Of a stretch of DNA of 64,000 nucleotides, positions 42,052-63,600 are shown in pieces. The stretch covers positions 35,650,001-35,714,000 of the forward strand of contig CM022670.1 in NCBI GenBank assembly GCA_012295275.1. Direction: 5' to 3'. Numbering within the stretch: the stretch's first letter is position 1; each line of letters begins with the position of its first letter. Position numbers and translations under genes: made by a program. Source of the stretch: Chrysomallon squamiferum (lineage: Eukaryota; Animalia; Mollusca). The notes under the pieces were generated by a model that ran no database searches, was not told where the DNA came from, and saw only the letters and a program-made list of their open reading frames with translations.

Positions 42052-43013
42052 AAAATATCCTTTATTTAAAGCTTTAGTGTGCAAAAATACTGTAAAACAA
42101 AATGCAATGACATTTTAATGTTGATTGAAAAAAATTAAAATCTTTTAACTGAGGAGTGATTTGAAGGCTAATTGTTATTTTATTATAAATATTTATTCAC
42201 CACTGCCAACATTCTCGCTTTAAAATATTAATGAAAGCTGTGACAGCTAATGTTAGAAGTTTTATTTCTTGCTGATAATGTCTTGAAAAACAAAAAATCT
42301 GTTAATCATGAATTCAACATTCCTTATTGCATTATTTAATGGTTTTGTTTAATTTTAATTAGAGGTACTCTTTATATTGTTTACAGGAAAAGCTGGCACA
42401 TTTCCTTTGAACTTTTGTTAATTTAACTGTATTAGTTAAATGCTTTCAATTAACTTTTGCCACTGCTTTCAAACAGTAGTTTTTAAAGAAAGAAAAAAAA
42501 AGTTTATTCAAAGATTTTACAGAAGTGATTTTTCTATTAAAGGTATATTAAATGTAAATAATGAGAAATACAGATTTTATTGAGTATTTATTTAGCAAGA
42601 AAGGCTTTTATTGCATTTTAAACATCTTTTCTTAAAACCTGTAAAAAAAAATTGCGTTTTTTTAAAACCTAAAATTGCATGTGTTTACATTTAAAAATTA
42701 TACACAAATTAGTTTTGTACAGTAACTGTAAGGAGAAAATTGATTTGAGTCAATTCTGTTATTTACTCGTCTTGAATTTGTCATGAATTAATTTATTACA
42801 ATTTTAAATTAATGTACAGATATGTTAAAATTGTTAAGTTTGTTTTGTTGGAGTTATTTGTTTTTATCACAATATAAAATTGTAATTTCTTTTTTAATTT
42901 AAATTCATGCTTGTGTATTCCCTTTTACATTCATGCAAGTAGCAAGCCACTGAAATACAATGAATATAACAATAAACCAATTCTGACATTTGTTTTTGGT
43001 GCATGTTATTTAT

Positions 43014-43112
43014 TGCATTATCTTCAGTACCCTTCTGATTTCATGTTATAATATGAGAAAACCATTTCCTAAAAGATACAAGCTATGTATATTTATTAAC
43101 TTGAATTATGAA
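43014..43112 (+). repeat. 99-bp direct repeat, copy B (downstream of the TauD-like gene)
   Basis: Aligns without gaps to 39248-39346. Confidence 0.85.
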
Positions 43113-43528
43113 AAAAAAGTTGGGATTAAAACAGAAACACAGACAGATACTTGTATAAACATTTTTTATTGGACGGATATTGAGTAAACTTTTATCCAAG
43201 TTCATTGTCAATTGATGTCAATATGAAAAAGACTATAACTATACTTTTAATAATCTAAACTTTTTCCATTACATGCTTAAAACAAATAGACACAGTCAAA
43301 AATAGATGCAGTTACGTTTACTCAAGATAAAATAAAATGTATAAAACAATTTGCAATGACAACTTCAGATTTTTCTTTAACAATATCTTTCAAAAAGTAC
43401 AAAATGTAAACATTTACATGATGATCATGCATGTTGCATATATATATATATATATATACTGGATGGCTTCACAATAATGTATAACAAGGTGACTAATATG
43501 ACACAATAAGAAACATTTTTTTAAAATA

Positions 43529-43742
43529 CAGGGTGTCCACAAAGTCTGGGTACATAAGGGATTAACACATACTTTTAAAATAAAATAGTTTTATTTAATT
43601 CTTATGTTAATAAATAATGTTTTCAATATGATTTCCATCACTTTCAATGCATAATTCTTTAGACAGAGCCATCACGATCTTTTAAGAAAAATAACTGGTA
43701 AAAAAATAACATAGTATATACCCAGACTTTGTGGACACCCTG
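43529..43742. mobile_element. Mariner-type MITE (214 bp), young
   Basis: Perfect TIRs CAGGGTGTCCACAAAGTCTGGGTA / TACCCAGACTTTGTGGACACCCTG, with TA on both sides (43527-43528, 43743-43744). Confidence 0.92.
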
Positions 43743-44123
43743 TATAATAAATAATCAAATATAATGTTATGTAATATTGCACAATTTCATAAAAATCATT
43801 TTTTCTGATCAAGAACTTTAAAAACCATACAAATGAGTACATAACAAACAGCATTCATGGTAAAGAATTAATCAAACATTAGACTGTTATTTAAAGGGGT
43901 CATTTTCTTAATTCCAGATCATGAATACTAATAGCTTAAATATTTTAAAGTCTCTATGTGGAAGTATGACCAGAATAAGCATTAAAAACTTGAAATAATA
44001 TATTATCACAGCTGTTTGCTTCTAAATACCTATTTAAGTCTTTTTTTTAAAAATATATAATTTTGATTTTTATCAGGTTTAGAGGGTTGTTGGCAGCATT
44101 TTGAAAATTCATTTCATGGTACT

Positions 44124-46081
44124 TCAATCAAGTGAATTCCCAGAACCATTAAGAGCTGAAAAGCATATTTAAAAAAAGAAGTTAAAATAACACAGATTTC
44201 TGCATATTCTATTTTAAGGAATACATTAGATGTAACTGTTATTTTAAAATCTTATTACTTTATTTTAAAAATAATGATGAACACATGTAAGAATACATAT
44301 AACTATTACTTCAAAAATAAAACAGAACAGTTTTCTGTTCTTAACTATTATTAAGAGTGAAATCATAACAGTTATAAATTGATATTATTAAGACTTCTTG
44401 TCTATGAATAATTTAAATATAGTTACGTTTTGTTGCAACCAGTGTGTTTCCATGACTGCAGGAGATGGACACAATGCTAAACTGATCATCAGCTGGTATT
44501 TGTACTTGTTTGGGCAGTCCAGTTTCTTCATCAGATCTGCCCAGCCGTCCCCTTGCACTCTTACCCCAGGAAAAAATCTCACCATCTTTTAATACATGAA
44601 AATAGAAAACAATTTTATAATATGAAAAAGTCAATATAATGTAAAAAAAAAATAAGTAAATGAAACAAAAACAATACTGGTAATACACATCAGAATTAAT
44701 CCATATTTTACATACATTATCTTTGTTTATATTAATGTATTTTGCCTTTGTATTCTTTTTTCATTTTTTTTATTTTTTTTTTTTTTTTTGAAAATGCAGC
44801 AAAGTGAGTTAAATGCTATAACTGCCATCTATGAGCAATGGATCACATGATAAGTTACTATACATATACTCCAAGTTATTTTCAGTTCTTACAAAATCAT
44901 GAGATTTAACAAATTCAAACTGTATTTTGTACCATTAAACATACATTCTTTTATTTATTTTTACAATTTCTCTTTGTTGTATAAATGTGTGAAATTTTAC
45001 AAAGGCCAAAAGATGGTATTTTTCAAACTATCAGTCTGACAAGCACACCAACCTTCTGAAACAGCGACTGTGTAAGTGTCCCCACAAGCAACCATTGTGA
45101 TCTTGTATGGTTGAAGTGCTTTCACTTGGTATGGCTGTCTTCCAGAAATTTCCATGTCATTACCAAGCTGACCAAACTGATTAGAACCACAGGTAAAACA
45201 CTGACCTTCAACTTGAAAATAAAATAAAATACAAAATTTGAAATTTAAACAGTCATCAACAAAATAATTATATGAATGAGTTATGTTTATTTAAACAAAA
45301 GAAAACAAAAAGTGATTAAAGCATAACTGAGTGATAACTTGGTGGTAAAATCATTTTGCTATCCATAATACATCATTTATTGAATAGTTAAAAAGAATTT
45401 TAAATGAAGACAGCTAAAATGATGAAGTGAGTTTTCCACTCCTAATCCTATCCTACTACCCCATTCCACCCAGAATTAGTTTATTAAAGAAAAAAAAAGA
45501 TTCATGAACGCTAATGAGAACTGCCCAAAAAGCAGAAGCTGATGATTTCTTGTAATATATTATGCTATTTTTACCCGTAACAATGGCAGAGTGTGAAGTT
45601 CCAATTCCAACATCTTTAACAAGTGAGGCTGAAGCAGGTGCTGAAGACATTAATGTCAGATTGTAAGCTTCTTCAACCAACTTGTTGCAAGAGCCATCTG
45701 GTGCCAGTTCATCTAGAAGCAGTTTGTTATACCTGTTACATAAATAAAAGTATCTCATTCTGATTCTGAAATATATTATTAATAATTTATTGCTTAGTTC
45801 CTCCTTAATGGTGATATTTGTATTTGTACCATAAAGTTGGAGAAAAAAAGGGTCAGAAGAATGTTCCTGAAATAATATAAAAGATATTTATCTTACACTA
45901 ATTTTATAACTGTGAGTCTTAAAGTATGCTGATAGGAACAAACAGCCTTAACATGTACTGGACCATTGAAACAGATTATGAATTCTTAAACACAAATGTT
46001 TGCTAACAATAAAGGATGAATATTAAGTAAAGCACCAAGGACTTTACAAAGGTATCACTTTCTTTTTCATTTGACATATTG

Positions 46082-46139
<58 letters not shown>

Positions 46140-49100
46140 CAATAACAATAGTAACAATAATAATAAAAGAAATAATTATTATTTTAATTTTTTTTTAAAG
46201 TACCTGTTACTTCCACAACACAGCAGTTTGTTGTCCAGTGTAAGAATCATTGAGCAGTCTACACCACAGTGCACAGAACTTGGTCGAAGATTATTGGGAA
46301 TAGGTACTAGTTGTGGAGAAGAATAAGATTCCTGATTTCCAAGCCCAAGTCTGCCTGAGAAATGGAAAATATAGTTATATAACTATCTGCAGATAGAGTA
46401 CATTAAATCTCTGTTAAAAAAAAAAAAAAATAAAATAAAATAAAAATTTAATTTAGTCAGTGAATTTTTTTAAGAGCTGGAGTAGTATGAATACATTTTT
46501 TCACTTTGCCAGGTGTGCTTCTTCAAAAGATTGTGCTTGAAAAACTGCTTAAAATGATGTCCAGAATATACAGTCTTAAAGAACTGTGAATAATATAATA
46601 CTGATGTGAAATATTACTAACACAATTTAGTTGCATTATTTAGAAAAAGATAATTTTTCAACAAATACCAAATAACAGAAATGAAATTAATGGTTTATCT
46701 AAAACAACAGTAACTCAGATTTTATAAGCTTGGATTCAATATGTAACAATGTTGAATTCATTTGTAACATACAATTTCAGCAATTCTGTGATCATAAAAT
46801 AAAAAACCAGTCAAATGATATTAAAATTTACTAACCATTGTCACCTCTGCCCCATGAGAACACTTCATGTTCATTGGTTACAGCCATGACATGTGAAGTT
46901 CCACATGAAACAAGAATCACCTCATACCCCAGCAAGGCTTCCACTATCTTTGCCTGAACACAGCACAATAATAATTCTTACTACTCATCAGAACTTTCTT
47001 CATGAAAATATCTTTGCTTCGCCTTCTTATAATCTTACTTGTTGGCTTTCTCCTTTCTTTTTTGATAGATTATTATTTCTAATTATTACATTTTTCTCTT
47101 GATCTAAATGTGCTGTCAGAATTTATTGAATGTTTTTATCAAATATATTAATCATTGAGAAAAGTCAATATAACATTAAATTAAATTAATAATAATAACA
47201 ATAATAATAATAATAATAATAACAACATTAAAAATAATAATTCATTTATTGTTGTTTTTTCTTAAATACCTGACCAACATCATTGAAGTTCCCATGTCCC
47301 AGGCATCCACTTGCTCCACTGCCATATGTCATTAGAATACCACGATCTGTCAAATAAAAGTTAACATCTGACCAATCGTCTCAGCTATAAGTTATTTATT
47401 ATATGTTACTTATCAACAGTTTTTACACTGGTTAAGATATTTATAAATAATATTTTACATCAAAGATTTTAAAAAATACCTTAAAGAGATTTTTGCAAAT
47501 TGCCATTTCTGAATTAAAGCAAAGTAGTACAATATTCTAATACTATTCATTTTTCTCTTATTTCTGCTCAAGGTTAATAACATCTGTTCTTTTCCATAAT
47601 GACACTGATGTCGTCTTTCAAATTATAACAACCAGAATGATGGGAGTTCAGACATGACCTCCACACTGATTTGTCTCTGCATTTCACCTGTATCCTTCAA
47701 GAAGTATTAATGAAATTACCTGTAAGACAAGCAGTGAAAAGATCTCCACAAGAAACATGTTGAATGGTGACTGCAGCTTGACCTTCTAAATATCTAGGTA
47801 TGAAGGCTGGCATTGTGCTTTCCACAGCACCTGGGATCACAGACTCTGCTCCCACACCCTGTGGCTAAAACAATAAACATATTAAGTTAAAACTAGCTTA
47901 AGTACTGTCATTGGAAATTAGTGAACATTTAAGAGTGATATCTGTTTCAGTTTCAAAACTGATCAAATGGAAAACCATACTTAAGAAATTTCTGAAGTAT
48001 GGTTTTCCATAACACTGAAATAATATATATATATATATATATATAGTGTGTGTATCTGTGTGTGTGTGTGTGTGTGTGCATCTGTTTCTTTATTTAAATT
48101 ATCATTATTTTTTCACTGAGCAAAATCTGAAATTGCTATGATAATCAGAAATGTGATGAAGACATTTTTTTTAGAGTTTTTAATACAAAATAGTAATTTT
48201 TCTGTATGAATTATATGAAAAGAAATGCTGTTTTCTGTGGGATTTTTAATGGAGGGAGGCTGTATTATTTTTCATAAACATAGCACTTATCTGATGAATA
48301 ACTGTTAAATGATTAAATAAAATGTTTAAACTAACCTCCCACACAAAAAGTCTGCCAGTTTTTGTTACTGCTGCTTTCTGTGTACGGCCAGCTGAAACTT
48401 GGGTTACTTGAGTCTCACTGCTGGGAAGGGGAAGTTTCACTGGCAGATTTATTCCACCTCCCCAGCAAAACACTGAACTCAGGGACACTGGCTTAGCCGG
48501 AATGCCATCTGAAACAAAGGAAATATTATTTTTTACTATATATTTCTGAAATTTTTTTACATAAATATATGTGGTTACATATATTTTTAGAACTGCAAGG
48601 CAAACATTTGTAAATGATTGCATAAATAAAATAATACAAAATTCTCTGAAGCATGTGACTATAAAATATGTATTTTCTAACTAACAAAACTATATGTATT
48701 TATTTTAATAAAAACTGGTCAGTTTAAAAAATTATATGTGAATGAATCCTTTTTTTAAATCAAATTTATTTATTATTCATTAATTAGCAATAAACTGGAA
48801 AATCCACACCAAATTAATTTAATTTCCAGTTTCATCTTTGATCTTTCAGTTTAATGTTCTGAGTATTTATTTATTTAGCTGTTACTCTGATAGTTATTTT
48901 GTGAAATGAAGACACATTCTCACCTCTGGTAGAAAGATTACCACGACCATACACTCTGTTTCTGGCATTACCTGCCATACTTGACAATGGTCTGTGAATT
49001 CTTCAATTTAAAGAAATAGTTACATAAATCCATAAAAAATGAATGCAGCCTTGAAAACATGCATATACTGGTGATAATAATTTTATTTAAATATTTGATC

Positions 49101-52100
49101 ACCTTTTTTTAAAATACAAAAAATACAACAGCTTAATGAAATATGCTCAAAATTCAATGTGCAATTTTGATGCTTAATTTTAACTGAAATACTTTTCAGT
49201 CAAACGGATATATACAGAAAACAATTAAATCAGTATAATTATATTTGACAGAATAACATTCATTTACCTAACACAAGGAATTTTCCCTGTTTCTGTGTGA
49301 AGATGTAACAAAGCATTAATGATTATCGGCTGGGCCATGATTTGGTTTATATCTGGTCTTTTGTTAGGATCTAAATGAAGCATGCTGAGAATCAAGGACC
49401 GCAACTCTTCACTGTAATGGTCTGATATCGGTGCAAATGTTCCTCGCATTATCTTCAAAATCAGTGCTGGAAGATTCTGTAAATATTGATAAAAAAAACA
49501 ACAAGTTTATGTATTTTGTTCATCAGCCAATGTTATTTACTGAATTGCTATGAAAAAAGTATTTATCAAAATAAAGGTAACCCATTTATGTATTGCAAAA
49601 CAAAATTGTTCAAAGTTATTACTGAAAGATTGTTTTAGTGGCTCTATCTATCTACACTGTAAGTAATGTAATTAAGAGATTTAAAAATTCATATGTTTCT
49701 ACTCACTGCTGCTTCAAATGCTCTTTTCAGACTAGCCAGTTCATACAAGACACATCCCAGGGCCCAGATATCACTCTTTTGATTGTAACTATTATGTATG
49801 TAAGGAATATTGTGTATCAAAATTCTGCAAAATAATTGTTAAACTTGAATTTTCTGATACATTGTCTTAGGCTAAATTCTGAATCTCTCCCTTAAGTTTT
49901 GAAATGCCATTGAATTTTGTTTGTACTTGTAATAATATATATCTTTTACATATTTGATTCCATATTGTAAATACAAGCTAAAAAAAGAAGATGAAATATT
50001 CAATATATTAAAAATGCCTTTTGTGTTTTTATTTTTTTTTTTTTTATTATTATTATTTTTTATTATTATTATTATTATTATTATGATTTTTAAATTATTT
50101 TTTTTTTTTTTTATCTGGAGTATGATATTATGCCTTTTCATGATTCCATTATTTAAATAATTTAAATATCCGAGAAGCACTCTATTCCCATTGTTTTGGA
50201 ATATATGTGTATATCTATTTCATTATACAAAAAAGACACTGAGAACTCAAAAGGATACGGTTTTCCTTCACAGAGTTCTGGTGAGATATAGCAAGGTGTA
50301 CCCACAACCTACAACATATATATTTTTAAAAAAAACATTTTCTTTTGAACAAATTACCAGCACTTTATAATAATAAAAAAATATGTTTAAATAGATTTTC
50401 TTAAACATTTCAGTACAGAAACAGAATTTCAGAGAAGGGAGACAATACAACTGTAATGAATGTAATTGAAGAACCACACACAAAGAAGTAAATATACCCA
50501 GAAGGCTGTGCATGTACTTTCTATGTTTTAGTCTGCTATTTTGTGGTCAATACAACATTCTTCATATTTATTTCCTGTGAAGTTATCGAAGTGTTCCACT
50601 AACATTTTTTATTACAATTCCAATTTTTAAAAATAATTTCTCATAATACTTCTCTCCTGAATGGCTGGAAATAAACAACACAATATCAACTCACTGTGTA
50701 TGCTTTGCTCTTACTGCTGAGCACTTTAGAAATACCAAAGTCTCCAATCTTCACAATCTCTTTCTTTTTGTCCAGAAGTATATTTTGTGAGTTCAAGTCT
50801 CGATGTAGGATTTGTTTTGAATGCACATGTTGAAGTGATAGCAACATCTGAGCTAAAAACTTCAGAATTTCCTGATGAGAGAACAAATTAATAAATTATA
50901 TAAAAAAAATTTCTGAATATTTTAGGAAATAATGTACAGTATTAAATTAAAATAACAGTTTAAAACATATCATGCAGAAAAAATCTCATTAAATCACAGA
51001 ATGTAACTAAATGAATTAAAAAAAAAAAATTAAATTAGAAATTAAAAATATTATAATTATTACATTAAAAAATCATTCTTTAATAGAATTCTAATGACAG
51101 TTCAAAGTCAATGATTAAATAAATTTCAAAATTTTAATTGCCATTAAGTAAGTGCTTTCAGAGCAAACATTTCCAAGTTTGTTTTTTTATATTAAATTAT
51201 TAATGGTTTTACAAACCTCCTCTTCAAGTAAATTATTGTTTCTGCTTTGCAAATATTCCAAAAATGTTCCTCCTGAAAAACAAAAATGAATGTTTATCTA
51301 TGAACACATTATACTGGTAACAAACAAATGAAGAAAATAGTTTAAATATATAAAACTTAAAAACTATTTGCACCTACCTTGAGCATATTCCATAACTATC
51401 ATAAGAGCTTTATCTTCCAGAAAGCTCTCATAGTATTCAATGATGTTTGGATGGTGCAGCATGGATAACACTTTAACCTCATTAATGGCTGCCTGTCTTT
51501 CTTCTCGTGTCATTTGTTCTACTGGAATCTGTTTGATTATAACAAGTTTCTTGTCCATCAGTCGACGACATAAATGCACAGTGCTGAAAGAAAATTATAA
51601 AAAAAAAAACATAAATAATATAAAATAATTTACTGCATCATTCAAATATTTTGGAAACAAAATAAATTAGTTTTTTCTTTTTTCCCATATCTTCATAATA
51701 TTTGTGTTTTATAATTCCAGTTTTTATGTTTGATCATAAATGTTAGTTAATTATAAATGCTATTGGGGCCATTATTTTGGAATTGCTTTTTATTTTATTT
51801 TATTTAATTTATTTATTTTATGCAGTTTATTTATTTTTAAAATAAACATTTTATGTCCAATTGAAATTGAAACAATATTCTGGGGTTGATGAACTTCATG
51901 GTTAATAAACGAACAGGACTTAATACCATTACCACTGATCAGTGATCGTCTGATGTGTTGAATCACAATGAGACTTGCCAAAGAACAATGAATGCCAATT
52001 CTAATGACAATCATAAAAATTTGGTTGTTTTTGCTTTTTATTTTTCACAAAATTTGTTTATCATAAACACAACCCTAGCTAAAACTTAAATACTGAATGA

Positions 52101-52233
52101 CAGTGTTTTCGGCAGACTATATAAAATTTGGCTATTTTTCACAAGCGTTAAGTAACAAGTTGTTTACGGCACAACGATATATTTACCCATATGCTCCTCG
52201 ACCCACAACCCTTATTTTTTCATACTTCTCCAT
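44124..52233 (-). CDS. NEK8: Serine/threonine-protein kinase NEK8 (NIMA kinase domain plus RCC1 repeats)
   Basis: 17 exons: 52233-52187, 51583-51378, 51272-51217, 50871-50695, 50308-50259, 49788-49707, 49476-49268, 49000-48924, 48508-48336, 47864-47720, 47346-47270, 46953-46836, 46354-46204, 45732-45575, 45211-45053, 44585-44427, 44155-44124. The last exon is less certain; read-through would stop at 44413. Motifs: [71 protein letters not shown], and RCC1 repeats ([29 protein letters not shown]). Confidence 0.96.
47967..48010. repeat. 44-bp near-perfect palindrome in a NEK8 intron
   Basis: atggaaaaccatacttaagaaa|tttctgaagtatggttttccat: 22-bp arms, one mismatched pair, no loop. Confidence 0.9.
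49789..50258 (-). other. U12-type (minor spliceosome) GT-AG intron in NEK8
   Basis: Donor GTATCCTTT at 50258-50250; branch-site-like TTCCTTAC at 49807-49800, about 11 nt before the TAG acceptor; no polypyrimidine tract. Confidence 0.88.
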
Positions 52234-52417
52234 AATTTTGATTGTCTGTTCATGAAGAAGACCTAAAATTGATTTTATTTTAGCCTATAGCCTACACATA
52301 ATACTGGCCATAGACCAATCTTGGAACTTCATTAATAATTAACAGACCGGGCACGTCTCGATAACCTACTCCTATATGGTGTCTGAAATTGCTTTAAACA
52401 ATCGAGCTTGCGCAAAA
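52234..52417. promoter_or_regulatory. Bidirectional promoter shared by NEK8 and DBT
   Basis: Divergent ATGs only 184 bp apart; CpG-retaining; CCAAT box (gaccaatc, about 52313-52320) and ttgcgcaa palindrome (about 52408-52415). Confidence 0.8.
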
Positions 52418-60675
<8,258 letters not shown>

Positions 60676-63600
60676 AAAATTAATTTATCATTATAGTTAC
60701 TAACAGTATATATGCATTTGTGAAGATGTAATAGGAGATATGTAATCTACTGTGTAAATAACAGAATGTATGTATGAGTTTGTTATAATCAGTTTTCTCT
60801 ATTCTGCATATGTGTTTCTTCATTAATCATTAATAAGTAACAAATCTGCCGTTTGACAAATGAAGGACTTAGAACTGGCATGATCTGACGTACAGAGCAT
60901 TGTTATTGAGATAACTCGTGATAAAGCTGTTAAAGTGAATGAAAATATTATAAATAATACAGTTTGAGAATACTTTGTCTCAAAAGCTCAGGACAGGAAA
61001 TGTTTTCTGATTTTGAAATAGTAAGCGAAACCTAAGAATATATATGGAAGTAGCCTGCAGGATTATTTTGGTGACATATGTTTTAAAAAATTTGTGTTTT
61101 AAAATAAATTCTTGTGTATGCACAGCAATTTGAAAACTATAATATACCACTGTTTTTGCTGCCTGTAAAATTTAGGATTTTCAGCTTTTCAGATACAGGA
61201 TCCTCATCCTGTACAAAATCATTCCTAGACACTGCAACATGTGATTCCAATTATCAGACCATGCTGCAAATGATGGATCTTATCAACATCTGTAACACTG
61301 TAAGAACCAAACTCCTTCTTTACTGCTGTTTTGTTAGAACACTCTGCTTCTTTGTCCTTCAGTTACAGGCTTACATGTAATGTTGCAGGTGGTGGAAGTA
61401 GTGTGTGTACACTTGCATAAAGGATAATTGTTTGTCTGTTGCTTTTTTAAATGGCTGTTATTTAAGTGACTTCGTTATGGTAGCTAAGAAGAGATTGTAT
61501 CTGAATTAAATGATTTATAAAAATTGTATGACAAAGAAATTATATAAATAATGAACAACACTGTCTACAGTAATGGAAAATACTTGTGAATTATCCCAGT
61601 GTTAGTTATTTTACAGCTCTTTTGAGGTTTGTTGATCTATAATCAATCATCTCCAATGACTGTATACTTGAAATCATTCAATGTATATCATTTGTTGGTG
61701 CAGATGATTGACCATTTGAATCTATAATTGTTATATTTGTTATATATTTTCCAAAACTTGTAATTAATCGGATCATTGTGTTTTATTTGTCCTTAATTAT
61801 GACAGTTATTTGTCTCAGATTCAGTTACAGAAGAACTGTTTTGTTAATATTCTGACATATCTTAATTTAGATTTTTAATAAATTATTTAATAATGAATAA
61901 TTTTAAATGAATTTAAATTTTATGGTATAAATTTGTTAATTTAAATTTACATTTTTTATGATAAAATGTTTAAAACACAACTGAGTAAGAATAATTTAAA
62001 TTATTTAATCATTGATGTTTTAAAAAAATTCATATTTGTAGTTCCTTTGTCTAAGTTATATGATGTAAGTGAAAGGTTGTTATTATTAGAATATTTTGTT
62101 TAAGCAGTATTACTACAGTGCAGTCATTTGTTGTCAAAAACTCCTGTACAAATATTAATCTAGTACAACAAGTCATGAAGTACTGAATTATTTATGACAA
62201 ATTGTAAATGCTTCTGTTATGTTGTCATGGTGCCATTTTTATTTTATTTGTGTGAAAATGATTCAGAAAACAAATCTACACAATTTAAATTATTCCATTC
62301 TTTAAAGATACTGGAAATAAAATGCATGTCTACAGCAATACCAGAGCACAGTTTTGATAGTACTACAAAAGGGTAGAATATATCAAGTTTGCTGTAATTA
62401 TTAATAATTATTCAGTTCCATATCAGTATTTTTATGCTAGTTATAACTTCTATATTTCAGGGGAACTATATTTTGATAATTTACATGTTATTTATACATA
62501 TATATTGTTCAAAGTTACTTCTTTAGTACTTAATTGCTGGTTTAGATTTCAAAAGACCATTTTGAAAATAGTTTTCATTTCAAAATGAGTTTGTGTGAAA
62601 CTAGTATTTGTGAGAGCTTAAGCTGAGAAATAAAACAGTTAATTTCATTTAATTTTTGCATTATTAAGGACTGCAGGATAAAAGTAACAGATCACTTACT
62701 GTCAAAAGATATGTTTTATCCTGTGAAGGGAAGAATGGCCTGATTCAGTGAGACTGTTCAGACTGAGCAGAATAAAGCTGATGTCTTCAGAGAGTAACCA
62801 GTTGTTCTTATACACCACAAGATATGTGATGCTGTGTATTTTGTTTTGTTTTCTTTCTTTCTTTTATTGTATTTCAGAGTTTCAGTTTTCAGACCTAAAG
62901 GTTTTAAGAGCATCATCTTTTAAGCACAATTTACTGTAAACTATTAATGCTCATAGTTGTACTGAACTGTTTTGTTAAACAAAGTGTAGGGTGTGGTGTT
63001 TATTAATGTAAAAAAAAAAAAAAAAAAAAAAAAAATATGTGGTTCTTTTTGTTGTTTTTGATAATTTTTAATGTAAGATCCAGATTTCTTTTTTCTTTCT
63101 TTTTGTTGTTGATGGTCATCAAAATATTTAATATACATTATGTCGAGGTTTTTTTTAATAATTTATTTTAAAAGGAAAATGAAGAATAACAAAAATATAT
63201 TTCAGGTATGCTTAAGTTGTATGTGGTGCAATACATTAAGAATTGTTTTGTTTGTTTTTTTAACTGAACATTTTGTATTATTTTCAAAAATTTATTAATT
63301 TGATTCTCTATATTCAAAAAAAAAAAATTGTTCTAAATATTTTATTTATGGTACTATTAATCCTGGACATTATTTTATTTTAATCTATCTCAAAACTTTA
63401 AGTTCATAACTGTTCTTTTCCAGTTCCCTTTTTTCAATTATATATTTAATATATTTATTCAAAACAGGACAACAAATTAAATATTTTAATAAAGTAAACA
63501 GTTTTTTAATAAGCATATTCAATTGTAATTTGCAACAAAATTTTAACATTCTTTTTTTTTTCTTTTTTTTTCAGTAAATTATTTTCTAAATTTAAACAAA

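Noticed and set aside
61114-61400. GC-richer block with short ORFs downstream of DBT
   Set aside because: No recognisable domain and broken frames on the minus strand; probably 3' UTR or an old TE remnant.
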